From: Octopus sinensis
Lineage: Eukaryota
Reading direction: 5' to 3'
NCBI RefSeq assembly: GCF_006345805.1
Contig: NC_043000.1
Coordinates: 120,094,001 to 120,158,000 of the forward strand
Length of the DNA stretch: 64,000 nucleotides
Below, one piece after another: positions 39,564 through 53,090 of the stretch. Numbering within the stretch: the stretch's first letter is position 1; every line of letters begins with the position of its first letter. Position numbers and translations under genes: made by a program. The notes below the pieces were generated by a model. That model was not told the origin of the DNA. It searched no databases and saw only the letters and a program-made list of their open reading frames with translations.

Positions 39564-39872
39564 GTGTGCTGTCTGAATTCATGGAAATGTATTCCATAAA
39601 ACTCAGCAAATTTCTTAAAAATAGGGAAGAGAAGGTGTTAAAATTTAAGAGAATTAATTCTCTTAAATTTTAACATCTTTTCTCCATTTTTAATAAATTT
39701 GTTGAGTTTTATGGGATACCTTTCCATAGAATCACATAACATACCATATGCAAGTATTATTTTCTCATTCGCAAACTTACACCTGTAAGGTACCAGCAAA
39801 ATATGGAGAATCTTTATTAGAAATTGTTTTTTGGAATCCACCAAATTAAAGGATGAAATATAATTGAACCTT

Positions 39873-39915
<43 letters not shown>

Positions 39916-39944
39916 CCAAATCAGATTCGATGACTAGCATCCAT

Positions 39945-40325
39945 GCTAGTGGAGCGCTAAGAGCACCATCCAAGCATGATCGTTGCCAGAGCAGCTAAGT
40001 GGCTTCCGTGCTGGTGGCACGTAAAAAGCACCATTCAAGTGTGATCATTACCAGTGTCACCTTACTGGCACTTCTGATGGTGGCAAGTGGAAAAAAATAT
40101 TCGGGTGAGGTTGTTGCCAGTGCCACTGGACTGGCTCGTGTGCAGGTGGCATGTAAAAAACACCATTTGAGCATGGCCATTGCCAGTACTGTTGGACCAG
40201 CCCTCATGCCAGTGGCACATAAAAGCACTCACTACACTCTTGGAGTGGTTGGCATTAGGTTCACCAGTCCTCAGTCAAATCGTCCAACCTATGCTAGCAT
40301 GGAAAGCAGATATTAAATGATGATG
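39945..40325 (+). mobile_element. RTE 3' UTR fragment with about 4 units
   Basis: Unit motif and tail present. Confidence 0.8.
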
Positions 40326-40977
40326 ATATATATATATATATATATGATATTTACCATGTGAACTAAGATGAAAAATATATGAGAAAGATATAGCATATAA
40401 TTTTTTGGTGCAGGGGTTCCTTGAGACATGTAACATATTCTCAGGGTTACCCAAGGGTAAAGAGGTTGAGAAACACTCCTTCCATGTCTCACTAGTATAA
40501 ACAGTTATTTGTTGGACTATTCTATTATAGAGTTGGATCTTTGTACATCAAGGGTATCAGCTAATTCTCCTCCTATCATGGTTGCTTGCCTTGTATCTAT
40601 TGGAATGGTCGGTTGGCAGCATTGATGAAGAATCAGATAAAATGCTTTTCAACATCGCTTCCAGCTCTTTATGTTCTTAGATAAAAAAACTTGTGAAGTT
40701 GAAGTTCAGCTTTGATTTTATTCCTCAGGGATCAACAGAAGAAAGTACCTGTCAAATACTGGGTCTGATGCAATTGACTATTGCCCTCCTAAACTTTAAA
40801 TTTCAGGCCTTTTGCACTGTCTGCAGTATTTTGTTCCAGCTCTTTACATTCTGAGTTCAAATCCAGCCAAGGTTAACATTGTATAACGGTGTGGATGTTG
40901 GTGGTTATGTCCGGTTATCAATCATTTAGTTGCGAGGAATAGACAGAATGCTAGAAATAATATGAGGCATAAACAAG

Positions 40978-41207
40978 ACGGCGAGCTGGCTGAAACGTTA
41001 GCACACCAGGTAATATGCTTAGCGGTATTTCGTCTGCTGTCACGTTCTGAGTTCAAATTCCGCCGAGGTCGACTTTGCCTTTCATCCTTTCGGGGTCGAT
41101 AAATAAAGTACCAGTTTCACACTGGGGTCGATGTAATCGACTTAATCTGTTTGTCTGTCCTTGTTTGTCCCCTCTATGTTTAGCCCCTTGTGGGCAATAA
41201 AGAAATA
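40978..41207 (+). mobile_element. SINE family 2
   Basis: Match; degraded copies follow at about 41895-42300. Confidence 0.85.
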
Positions 41208-42324
41208 TATGAAGCATAAACAGAACACTAGAAGTAATATACACTCATAACAGCATTCAGCATGTATGTTGAAGATACCAACATTTCACTAACATCACCG
41301 TTATAAGACTGTTTAAGCAGGATTAGAAAATGTGATTTTAATAGCAAAATGAAGATATCTGTGAAAGTGAAAGTAGGATGTCATGTTTATCTTAAGAATG
41401 TTGTTTCGTTTTTTCATCCAGGGTTGACTGTATTCTCTTGTGGACAAAAGCTTGAGTATAACTTCATAAGGTGTATGCAAATAAATATTTAGTTAATTCA
41501 TTTTCCTTATGATAATACAATGAGAGTTTGTACAGATAAATATCAAGAGGAGGACTGGATTTAACACCATTTATTTACAGAAAGTCGAAATATTTACAAT
41601 TAATTAACGCCACATTGTAATGATAGGAAAAATTGCAGTATTTATCATCAAGAAGAAAAAGCATATTTTGGAAGAATCTGTCATGAGAAAGACGACAGGA
41701 AAAATTTTCTTATCTGGTTCCTCAAAATTACTCTAAAAAAATGGTTTAGAAAGGCCTGACATAAGGTCATGAAGGATGAATAATGCAAAATAGCATTGCC
41801 AGAATGAGTGACAAGGTCCTGTACAGCAAATCAAGGGTCACTGAATAATTTCCCCAAAATCAGGGTTTTTATAACTGCTGTTAACTTGGTTCTAAGAAAT
41901 GCTTAGCAGTATTTTGCCCATCGCTATGTTCTGAGTTCAAATTCTGCTGAGGTTAACTTTACCTTTCACCCTTTCAGGGTTGATAACTTAAGGAACCAGT
42001 GAAACACTGGGGTTGACGTAATCGACTATACCCCTCCCCCAAATTCCAAACCTTGTACTTTTAGTAGAAAGGATTATTATTATTATTGTTGTTGTTGTTG
42101 TTAAGGCAGCAAGATTGCAGAATTGTCTGCATGCTGGGCAAAATGCTTAGTGGCAGTTCTGAGTTTAAATTCTACTGGGGTTGACTTTTCCTTTCGTCCT
42201 TTCGGGGTCGATAAATCAAGTACCATTGACACACTGGGGATGATGTAATTGACTATCTCCCTCCCCAAAATTTCAGGCCTTGTGCCTATGGTAGAAAGGA
42301 TCATCATCATCATCATCATCATCA

Positions 42325-42795
42325 TTGAGTGGGAGAGCAGTGCATGCTATCAAAGTGACACTGGGGTAAAATATACGTAGCCCAGTATACCCATCATGAC
42401 TACCCGTCATGCATCACAACCATTTGTGCGCGACATGGTGATCACATATCAAGATAAACAGCACATGACCTTGCAGGTGGGGGCCAGTTAGAATTTTCTT
42501 CTGGTCGAGTAACCCATCCCGCTCAAAAGGTCCCTGAATAAGAGTTGTTTAAGGATGTTGAATGAAACACCCATGTTTCCAGAGGTGTATTATTCAAACC
42601 CCAAAGAATCCCTCTCAACACATGGCTATGATGCTCCTCCACTACTTCTGCTCATGATCAGAGATGCACATATCGTCAGCCACTAAGGGACATGGTCAAC
42701 TGGTTAAGGTCAAACAACTGACAAGCAAATCTGCGGTATTGAGCAGAATATTTGCTGTAGCCCATCTTTTATACCAAGACAAAACAATGTGCAAT
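42325..42795. mobile_element. unclassified (ATT)n-flanked repeat
   Basis: Colinear with 14418-16110. Confidence 0.75.
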
Positions 42796-42799
42796 AATG

Positions 42800-42832
<33 letters not shown>

Positions 42833-43310
42833 TCTGCTCAATACCAGTGTTATTATTATTATTATTATCATCATTGCAAGTAATATAATTGCCTATTACC
42901 ACTTACCTTATAAATCTGTTACTTCACACCTATGCTAAATAAAGTTCATTATTAGCAAATCTCATCTAAGTTTGTTTGATTAACAAATGTATTCTAATTT
43001 GCAAGCATCTGAATGCTCACTCATAAAACAACAACAACAACAACAACACATAGCCACACATGCACATATAATCTGTATAAATCAATTCTGTTGAACTTAT
43101 GCAATGTAATAATGTAAAAATGCTCTTTGTCGGAGTGTGGGTATGTCTTTCATATTTCTTTTTTTACGTTAATTCTCTAATTGCTCCCATCATATTCTGC
43201 TGTCATTGTTACTTGGAGATGTTTCCCAAAAGACAACACTCCTGCGTATGCTGATGTCTTGTCATGCAGTTTTCTTTCTTTCTTTCTTTCTTTCTTTATT
43301 TATTTACTTA

Positions 43311-43469
43311 GCGCAGGAGTGGCTGTGTGGTAAGTAGCTTGCTTACCAACCACATAGTTCGGGGTTCAGTCCCACTGCATGGCACCTTGGGCAAGTGTCT
43401 TCTACTACAGCCTCGGGCCAACCAAAGCCTTGTGAGTGGATTTGGAGATGGAAACTGAAAGAAGCTTGT

Positions 43470-43513
<44 letters not shown>

Positions 43514-44160
43514 ATATACAACACACTTCTTTCAAGCTTCTTTCTTCTATAGCTTTGGGCTGACCAAAGCTTTGAGTGGATTTGGTAGATGAAAACTATA
43601 GCCTAAGGCTATAGTAGAAGACACTTGCTCAAGGTGCCATGCAGTGGGACTGAACCCAGAACCATGTAGTTGGTAAGCAAGCTATTTTACCACACAGCCA
43701 CTCCTGCACTAAGTAAATAAATAAATAAAGAAAAGTGCATGACAAGTTTATATATATGTGATATAAGGCTAGGAATGGGAGCAATGACCTCCCCTCGCAA
43801 ATACTAATTGGATACAGAATGTGTGTCATTAGCCAGCTAGAAGAGATGTTTTGCTGGGGCTATAAACGTCATTAGCACTGTCCTGTATAAAACACCACAC
43901 TTGGTTGGCAATTATATATTACTATTCTGTATAGTTTCTGTTTACATCCCACCGAACCCATGCCAACAGGGAAAACAGACGTTAAATGACAATGATGACA
44001 CATATATATATATAGGCACAGGTATGGCTGTGTGGTTAGAAGCTTGCTTCCCAACCACATGGATCTGGGTTCAGTCCACTGTGTGGCACCCTGGGCAAGT
44101 ATCTTCTACTATAGCCTCAAGCCGACCAAAGCCTTGTAAGTGGATTTGGTAGATGGAAAT
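43311..44160. mobile_element. cluster of SINE family 1 heads in both orientations
   Basis: Heads near 43311 (+), 43605-43710 (-) and 44015 (+). Confidence 0.75.
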
Positions 44161-44165
44161 ATATA

Positions 44166-44580
44166 TCTCTATATATAAATCTCTATATATAAAACTGAAT
44201 TGCGTTTTTACCGCTTGGATCGCTTTCAATGCCACTACATCCCGTCCGATTCGCTCCAAAATTTACAGGGACATGTAGAATGAGGTGACGATGCGCGTGG
44301 GCTACCTTAGAAATCCCTATCTTAAAAGGTGTGGTTGCTAGGGGCCATCTTCCTCACTCACCCTATTTCCTCCTTTCCCTCTCTTACTCCTCTTCATAAC
44401 TTTCAGAAGTCCACTACGGTTATTTAAAGTATCTGTCACTATCGCTTTTTCCTTTCTTTTTCACTGACTCTGTTTCCTACCTTCCTATCACTTCCGCGGC
44501 GTTCTTTTAAGTATATGTCTGTCACCAACAATCAACACACGAGCATGAGAACAAATATTATGAATCAGATATTCTTGCGT
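44166..44580 (+). mobile_element. probable Helitron 5' fragment
   Basis: TCTCTATATATAAAACTG start resembling the 5' end at 45911; no 3' hairpin found. Confidence 0.4.
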
Positions 44581-44897
44581 TCATTTATATGTGTGTGTGT
44601 GTTCTATATATATATATGTATATATAATGTATGTGTGTGTTCTATATATAAATATGTATATATAATGTATGTGTGTGTGTGTTCTATATATAAATATGTA
44701 TATATAATGTATGTGTGTGTGTGTGTGTTCTATATATAAATATGTATATATAATGTATATATACAAAGTGTATATATCTGTATTTATGTATATTATACTT
44801 TTTCATAGTTATATATATTTTTAAACAAATTATAAATATAATTTCATAATTTTTATTTTCAATTTAAATAATTTAAAGTTTTCAATTTTATATTTTA

Positions 44898-45911
44898 CTA
44901 GCAGTATCGCCCGGCGTTGCTCGGGTTTGTAAGGGAAATAACTATATAAGCATTTTTAGTGAGTTATAGCAAAAAAAAATAGCAAAAAATGCATTAAAGA
45001 TGGAATAAAAAATGATAGTAATTTCTTTTTTAATCGTTGACTCATCGTAGACATTTTTAGAGAGTTACTTCCCTATATAATAGCGAAAAATGCATTAAAA
45101 TGGAATACAAAAAATGATGGTAATTTTTTTTTAATCGTTGACTCATCGTAGACATTTCTAGAGAGTTACTTCCCTTATATAATAGCGAAAAATGCATTAA
45201 AATGGAATAAAAAATGATGGTAATTTTTTTTAAATCGTAGACTCGTCGTAGACGCGCGCTAATACCCAGAAGGGCTCGATATGAATCACAACTATAAGAT
45301 ACCCGGTTTTGGTCACACTGCACCGCAAAATGTGGGAGTAGTTAGGAATCTAAATCGTAGGAGACAGACACACAACCTTACTTTTATATATAAAGATTTG
45401 TGCAACAACTAAAACATTCGGTTGTGCAAATTGTTTGCACAGGAAACCTGCCCTGTGTGGCGGTAATTGCCGTTTTTGTGGATCTGTTTCAGCTTTTTTA
45501 GCGATCTCTGTTTTGGCGACTTCAAGCCATGAAGTCGTTGTTCTAAAAGAATGCTGATCTCCTTCACAACGCATTACGACGTTGATTTCCTTACACTCCC
45601 TTCCCCACAGCTTCACGAGGGAGGGAAGAAGGGGGAGAAGCAACACAGGTGCAGGCGTGAGCGTGGACGCCAACTCCGCCGCCATCGACACACGAAAAAA
45701 TATGCATTAAAATGGAATAAAAAATGATGTTAAATTATTTTTAAATCGTAGACTCATCGTAGACGCGCGCTAATACCCAGACGAGCTCGATATGAATCAC
45801 GACTATAAGATACCCGAATTTGGTTAAACTGCACCTTAAAATTTGGGAGTAGTTAGGAATCTAAATCGAAGGGGACAGACACTCACACAACTACAGTTTT
45901 ATATATATAGA
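44898..45911 (-). mobile_element. composite non-autonomous Helitron
   Basis: 3' hairpin CCCGAGCAACGCCGGG plus CTAG|T at 44898; two A|TC 5' ends at 45396 and 45911. Confidence 0.8.
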
Positions 45912-46052
45912 TATATTTTCTATGTTATATTTTCTTCTTTTATATTTTTGTTTTTGGTTTTTCACTGTTTGATTTGCCTATGAGTGGTTTTATCTCTAAT
46001 TTAATTTATACAGATATATATCTCATTTGTATACATTTGTATATATAATGCG

Positions 46053-46100
<48 letters not shown>

Positions 46101-46917
46101 CACATATATATATGTGTGCATTACGTAGTCGGTCGATTCACCTGAAAATATGCACACCTATGCTAAAGGTGCTGACAAGTTTGCATCACAACTATTTTGT
46201 TCCTCAAATGAAAGGCGTCACCTCTAGGACAAAATTCCTCATCTTATAAAATGTGGCCCCAGTACACCCGACTGAAATCGGGTTATATTAACCAAAATGT
46301 GAAAAGGGGTCTAAATGGGGCTGGAAGGGGATTAAAATTTCAAAGAGCGGGTGTTTAGGAATTCTCTGTTGCATCAAGCTAAAAAATTTGCGCCAGCCTT
46401 TTAATCGTCAATGTGTTGCTGTCCATGATAAAGAAGTTTTGAATGCTTGCCATGGTGAGTCTACTGTCGTGAGAAAGAATCACTTCAAAACTTGGTGTTT
46501 ATGAATTTTCTTTTACATCAAGTTCAAAATTTTACGCCAGCCGTTAAACTGTCACTACGTTGCTGTCCGTCGTTAACAAATGCTAGCCATGGTGACTCTA
46601 CTATCCTCAGATTCTATCCCTTCAAACTTTGGTTTCCAATATTTTATTATTTTTATTCAGCTCGCAAGTTCGTCTGTCCCTTTTGAATGTTAGCATTTTG
46701 CTGTCTGCCTTGAAGCAGACCTTTCCATTGCCACTGCCTCATATTTCTGATTGATCTTTCTAAATATTTTATTTCTCAACTTACTCAACATCTTCTGTTG
46801 TTTATAAATGGGAGAGAGATAGATAAAGATAGAGAGTAAGAGAAAGCGAGGGAGAGTCAGAGAGAAAAGAAAAGTAAGAGAGTGGGAAAGTGAGAGAGAA
46901 ACAAATACGGAGATTCA

Positions 46918-47225
46918 TCATCATCATCATCGTTTAACGTCCGTTTTCTGTGCTAGCACGGGTTGGGCAGTGTGATCGGGGTCTCGGAAGCCAGGAGGCT
47001 GCACCAGGCTCCAGTCTGATCTGGCAGTGTTTCTACAGGTGGATGACCTTCCTAACGCCAACCACACTGTAAGTGTAGTGAGTGCTTTTTTCGTGCCGCC
47101 GGCACTGGTGCCAGGGGGGCTCGCAGTGGCAACGATCGGTTGGTGCTTTTTACGTGCCACCAGCACAGAAGCAAGTCAAGGCGGTGCTGCAATCGGCCAC
47201 GTTCGGATGGTGCTTTTTACGTGCT
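46918..47225 (-). mobile_element. RTE 3' UTR fragment
   Basis: Reverse complement of the units and tail. Confidence 0.85.
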
Positions 47226-47291
47226 GAAAGGAAGCAACAGAAAGTAACACCCACACTCTTACCCGCGCGTAGAGCGGGTCACCTTCAGCTA

Positions 47292-47292
<1 letters not shown>
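47226..47292 (+). mobile_element. Helitron 3' end
   Basis: Hairpin ACCCGCGCGTAGAGCGGGT, then CTAG|T. Confidence 0.6.
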
Positions 47293-47323
<31 letters not shown>

Positions 47324-47324
47324 T

Positions 47325-47571
47325 TTATTTAAAGCAGCTGAAAATTCAACAAAACCTGTTACTCTGAGTTTCGTAGCGTTTATATTAGTCTGGATAGAAT
47401 TGACATATCGGTTCTATTCTAGCAAAAACTGTCCAATGAACGGCAACGTGAAACTCAGAGTAACAGGTTTTGTTGAATTTTCCACTGCTTTAAATAAAGC
47501 ATATTACTCTACTACTGGTATTTGAGTACTCTTTTTTACCACCTTGTTTCACATTTATGTGTTTACTCCGG

Positions 47572-47572
<1 letters not shown>
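47325..47572. mobile_element. family A Penelope-like terminal repeat with an inverted end
   Basis: 47325-47370 is the reverse complement of about 47449-47498; homologous to 60706-61268. Confidence 0.75.
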
Positions 47573-47609
<37 letters not shown>

Positions 47610-47810
47610 ATATATGTGTGTGTGTCTGTGCCACCACCATTGCTTTACAATCAATGTTAGTGTGTGTATGCCCCCGTAACTTAGTGGTTTGCCAAAAGAA
47701 GCCGATAGAATAAGTACTAGGCTTACAAAGAATAAGTCTTGGGATTGATTTCTTCGACTAACGGGCGGTGCTCCAGTATGGCCACTGTCAAATGACTGAA
47801 ACAAATAAAA

Positions 47811-47851
<41 letters not shown>

Positions 47852-47854
<3 letters not shown>

Positions 47855-48232
47855 ATATAAACGGCAGTTTGTCTGTGCGTGTTTCTGTCTGTCTGTTTGC
47901 TTGTACCCTCACTCTGACCACGGCTTTCAACCGATTCTGATGAAACTTGACACACACATAGCCCAATATCATAATTCAAAACTAACGCAGCGAAAATTTT
48001 GAAAAGTTCCCCCAGTTCTGAAAAAAATCGATAAATTTGACATGGGGTCGAGAATAAAAAAAAAACAAACCACAGACTGTCTAGGGGACGCAACTCAACC
48101 TTTTTTTACTCTCAAAAAAAATTTACCATCATTTTTCTTCCATTTTTTTGCTATTTTTTGGCTATAATTCTCTAAAAATGCTTTATAGTTATTTCCCTTA
48201 CAAACCTGAGCAACGCCGGGCGATACTGCTAG
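47852..48232 (+). mobile_element. non-autonomous Helitron
   Basis: A|TC start; same 3' end as 44898 (AGCAACGCCGGGCGATACTGCTAG|T). Confidence 0.8.
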
Positions 48233-48274
<42 letters not shown>

Positions 48275-49394
48275 TACACAATGGGCTTCTTGACAGTTTC
48301 TGTCTACCAAATTCATCCACAAGGTTTTGGTTGATCTGAAGCAATGGCCTGGAAAAAAAAACACTTGTGGAAGGTGCTGCACTGTGGGATTGAACCCAAA
48401 ACCACATGGTTGAGAAGCAAACTTCTTAACCACACAACTAAACCTGTTGTAATTTCCATCTTAAAGCTTCCTATAATCATGATGTATGGTTAAAAGTATC
48501 AATACATGCACAGTATCAATACAACTATCGGTTACAATGATGAATAAGAAAAACTTCAAGTTTAGGTCTATCGACCGTTATTCTGTTTTTCTGAGATTAA
48601 CAATAATAATAATCAGCTGTAAGTTTTTGCAACTTACATATTCAAAAAGAATCATTCCATTTTCTTTTGTTGGTATATTTATTTATTTCAAACGACACTT
48701 ATTCGACAACGTGACTATTTGTATTTATTAATTTTATTTCTTCAGATGTCTCTGATTAAAATTTAGAAAAAAAATACATTTCTTCGTTTGGAATAAAAAA
48801 ACAAAATACGTTTATAATATGATTTAAACAATTTGAATTTTCGACTAAAAAAACAAATTCTAAACCTTTAATGGAAAAAAGAAAGAAAAAATGACTATCA
48901 AAGCACTAAAATTTCAAAAAATGTTGAGAAAATGTTACAGTTAATAATATATAACAAAAAATTACCAAAAAGAAAAAAAAATTTTTTAAATATAAGAATG
49001 TAAATATTTTTCTTCCAAGTTTATAAACAATTTAAATTTATTTTTTCCATTTTTATTCTCTCTGCATGGCTTACAAACAAATATATTTCGAAATGTTTCT
49101 CCTTTCCTGGTTACAGATTTAGCTGTTGTATGTAGACTTAAAAGCTGGAAATCATTGGTTGATAGTAATTAAATTTTATTTGATCTAACTTCTGACTTTA
49201 TCATAAAGTGTCTCATTAGCGACTCTCAGGCTACTAATTTTCTTTCTAGTATTTACCATCTTCATGCCATGTATGTTAAATATTCAGAAATCAAATATCA
49301 AATTTAACATTGTGTTCTTTTGTTCTGTGCAGTTCATGTCAGTTTTTCACTTTATTGTGGATTTGTGCAGACGGAAATATAAATATATATTTAT

Positions 49395-49835
49395 GTCATT
49401 GCCAGTGCTGGTGGACTCATTGCCAGTGCCGCTGGACTCGTTGCCAGTGCCGCTGGACTCGTTGCCAGTGCCGCTGGACTCGTTGCCAGTGCCGCTGGAC
49501 TCGTTGCCAGTGCCGCTGGACTCGTTGCCAGTGCCGCTGGACTCGTTGCCAGTGCTGCTGAACTCGTTGCCAGTGTTGCTGGACTGGCCCCTTTGCGGGT
49601 GGCATGTAAGTAGCACCATTTGAGCATGGCCATTGCCAGCACTGCCTGAATGGCCTTTGTGCCGGTGGCACGTAAAAGCACCCTCTACACTCTCTGAGTG
49701 GTTGGCATTAGGAAGGGCATCCAGCTGTAGAAACTCTGCCAGATGGAACCTGGTGCAGCCATCTGGTTCGCCAGTCCTCAATCAAATCGTCCAACCCACG
49801 CTAGCAAGGAAAGCAGACGTTAAACGATGATGATA
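49395..49835 (+). repeat. RTE 3' UTR insertion with a 21-bp minisatellite (about 8 units)
   Basis: (GGACTCGTTGCCAGTGCCGCT)n at about 49395-49585, then normal units and tail. Confidence 0.9.
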
Positions 49836-51410
49836 ATGATGTATATATCTGTGTGTCTGTGTTTGTGGCCCCACCATGCTTGACAACCGATGTTGGTGTG
49901 TTTATGTCTCCTGTAACTTAGTAACGGCACCATTTTAGTATTGGCCTTTTTGAACCTCAAGTTAGTTACCCTTCATTACTCTTTTTCAATTTACACTCAT
50001 TACTACAGTGTTGCTGAACATGGAACTATGTGGTTAGGAAGCAGAATTCTTACCACATATCCAAAGGTGGTGTTTTCTTCTCTATATTACTTTCCTCATT
50101 TACTCAGGAGGGAAAAGCAGTGGCCATGATCCATTTCAGGGCTTCTATGACTGATGGGAGATTTAAAAAAGAAAGGTATCTTCAAACCAGAGGCCTGGCC
50201 TGAAAGCTTGCAAGAGAGTGGACTTCAGTAGAGGCACCCAAAAGCCAAGTAGTCATGTTATTCTAGGTAATTGATGAAGTCTACTACCTCTGAAGTAAGC
50301 CACAGCAGGATTTGAACTCTGAATGCAAACAGCTCGAAAAAATATTGCAAAGCAACCTGCTTGACATTTTGATGTTTCTGCTAGTCTACTGCTCCCTAAT
50401 AGGCACTTTATTTATCCTCCCTAGTAGAACAAAATGCAAATTTGATGTTGACTGGATTTGAACTCAGAATGGAGTGAGTTAAAATATAACCTGCAAAGTA
50501 TTCTGCCAGATGCTTTAATGACTCTGCCACGACCGTATCTAGAAAACAAAGAAATACAATATTGGACATTGATGAATATAATTTTTTTTTTCTAATCACA
50601 TTCATTTATACTTATTGTTTTTCATTTCTTTTTATTTTTTATTTTTTTAATGTTCTCCACTTTTAATACATCAACTCTGACTCTAACTATTGTTTATCAT
50701 GTATTTCGCATCTTTGAATTATTTAATCTCTAAACAATTTCCATTCTCTTTTCCTACACCAATAAATATGCATCGTCTTATCTATTTACTTAGTGATTCA
50801 TTCATCACTACTTTGGCAAGCACCGAGAAGATATTCTTAACTGATTCGGTCGAAATAGACCAAAACTATGTCTGTAATTGTCTATTATACCAGCCTGGAA
50901 AATAAAATAAATAATAATAGCCATTAACTAATATTGTTTATTTCTTTTTCCTTATTGCGTATTTATATTATTTTCAGCTTTTAAATTGAGTCTCCACTCC
51001 TGCATTCAATATTCCAACGTTAACTTATCTCCTTTATCAAAGATCTACTATTAAATCAGCTTGTTTATTGACCGCATGCTACCAGTTCCTCACTTGTTTA
51101 TATTCTCTGCTCGATCTAAATGGTCATCGGGTTGATTGACCTTTTGTTTCACTCATCCAGTTAGCGGTCGTTATTCCTCTTCTGTCAATTATCGCTCGAG
51201 TTCGTTGACCTCTTTGTTTTTAACTGCCGTCGATATTTGCAGTCGATAAGAGAAAGGGGACGACTACGTGGTCGCTCGACTTGCTGGAAATTACAGTTAA
51301 CTCTGTCGCAAATCGCATCCTACTGCTGTAGACAAAAATAAATAAATAAATAAATAAATAAAACGCCACTAAATTATGTAGTTGTGGATACACAGGAAAG
51401 ACTTAATGGT

Positions 51411-51725
51411 TCATCACCATCATCATCACGATCATCATCATCACCATCATCATCATCATTACGATCATTATCATTATCACCATCATTATCATCATCACCA
51501 TCATTATCATCAACACCATCATTATCCTCATCATCATCATCATCATCATCCTCATTGTCATCACCACCATCATCATCATCATCCTTATTGTCATCACTAC
51601 CATCATCATCACGATCATCCTCATCATTACCATCATCATCATCCTCACAGTCATCATCACGATCATCATCATCATCCTCATTGACATCACCATCATCATC
51701 CTCATCCTCACCACCACCACCACCA
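51411..51725. repeat. cryptic (CAT)n repeat continuing the tail of a minus-strand RTE-type tail (51726-51830)
   Basis: Seen directly. Confidence 0.9.
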
Positions 51726-52423
51726 TTTAAAGTCCACATTTCCAAGTTTGCATGGGTTTGACAAAATTTAAACGGTTGCAGCAGATTTTTCTACAGCTGG
51801 ATGCTCTTCCTGTCAGAAACCCTCACCCTTTTCCAAACAAGGCAATAGTTCCTCATGGCCAGACATCTTATTTGTGCAAAACTGGGGTATATTTAATCAA
51901 CTTTCCCTGCACCCCCGCCAAAAAAAAATTGCTTGCCTTGTGCCAAAATTCGAAAGCAATATTATATTATTAGTAACAGTTATTGTACTTTATGTACTTC
52001 ATGCTCATCTAGCTTTCTTGCCTCTGACAGTTGGTCTCCCATCTGTTGTCCGGCTGCATTGGACACAGGACAATTTTTGAACGCTGTTAAAAATGAAACA
52101 AGGGGCATCATGTGCTCTGACAAATGTGGTCATTTCATTGATGCACTAACCCTTTTGGGATATAAACCCTTGTGCTAAATGTTAAGCAATTCATATAGTC
52201 AATAATTGAAATTTCCAATAACGAGACAATTCATTAATTAAGTACAGTCACCTAGAAGAGAAGTGCCTTGTCCTGGGGCATGAACACACACACACACTGC
52301 AAAATTTACAGAAAGATATTCATAGAGTACGAGTCTGTAAAGCCATTATGCTACCTACTCATTCATTGCACATCTCTAATATTCATAATAACAATTTAGA
52401 AGCTTCCATACACATCTACTTAC

Positions 52424-52462
52424 AGTCGTTGTCAGAACCGAAGTCTGCATCTTTACTTTCAC
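52424..52462 (-). CDS. candidate 39-nt internal microexon of an unidentified gene
   Basis: TTCTGCTATTATTCCTGGCAG| 39 nt |GTAAGT; open as GESKDADFGSDND (phase 1) or VKVKMQTSVLTTT (phase 0). Confidence 0.3.
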
Positions 52463-53026
52463 CTGCCAGGAATAATAGCAGAAATCCATTTAGAGATGTA
52501 GAACATTGATTGTTTTCAAAATTTGTGACATCCCGTTCTTGACATATACCATTTTAAATCTTTGAAACTTTGCTAAACCATTTAATTTTCTCTCTTCCCC
52601 CATCTCTCTTTTTCTTCTCTCTTTCTTTCCCCCTCTCTCTTTCTCTCACTCTTTTGCACAAACATCTAATCACCATCCATACCGCTTACATGTACTTGGG
52701 GTTTGATCATGTGATTTCTGTTGATTTGGAAGCGGATGACATCGGAAAAATCTTTTATTGGTTCTTCCTTGGTGGTACAGTGACGAGTCACGCAAGAATG
52801 GTAATGAAGAGAAAATAAATAGGTGGATTTACCAAAAAAAAAAAAAAGTTGAAAATTAGACAAGTAATTAAGAATTTGCAGCCATGTGGCTTTAGGTTCA
52901 TTACCACTGCTCTTGGGCAAATGTCTTCGAAAATAACCCTGGACCTGCAAAATTCTTGTGAGTGAAGTTGGTAGATGGAAACTGCATGGAAATCTACTAT
53001 GTATATATGTGTGTGTGTATATATAT

Positions 53027-53090
<64 letters not shown>

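Noticed and set aside
42900-42940. Strong minus-strand donor AAG|GTAAGT
   Set aside because: All frames of the upstream candidate exon contain stops.
45350-45691. 113-aa ORF inside the Helitron
   Set aside because: No Rep or helicase motifs, and it runs into the Helitron terminus.
51374-51745. Poly-Asp ORF
   Set aside because: It starts in a retroposon tail and consists of its expanded (GAT)n tail.
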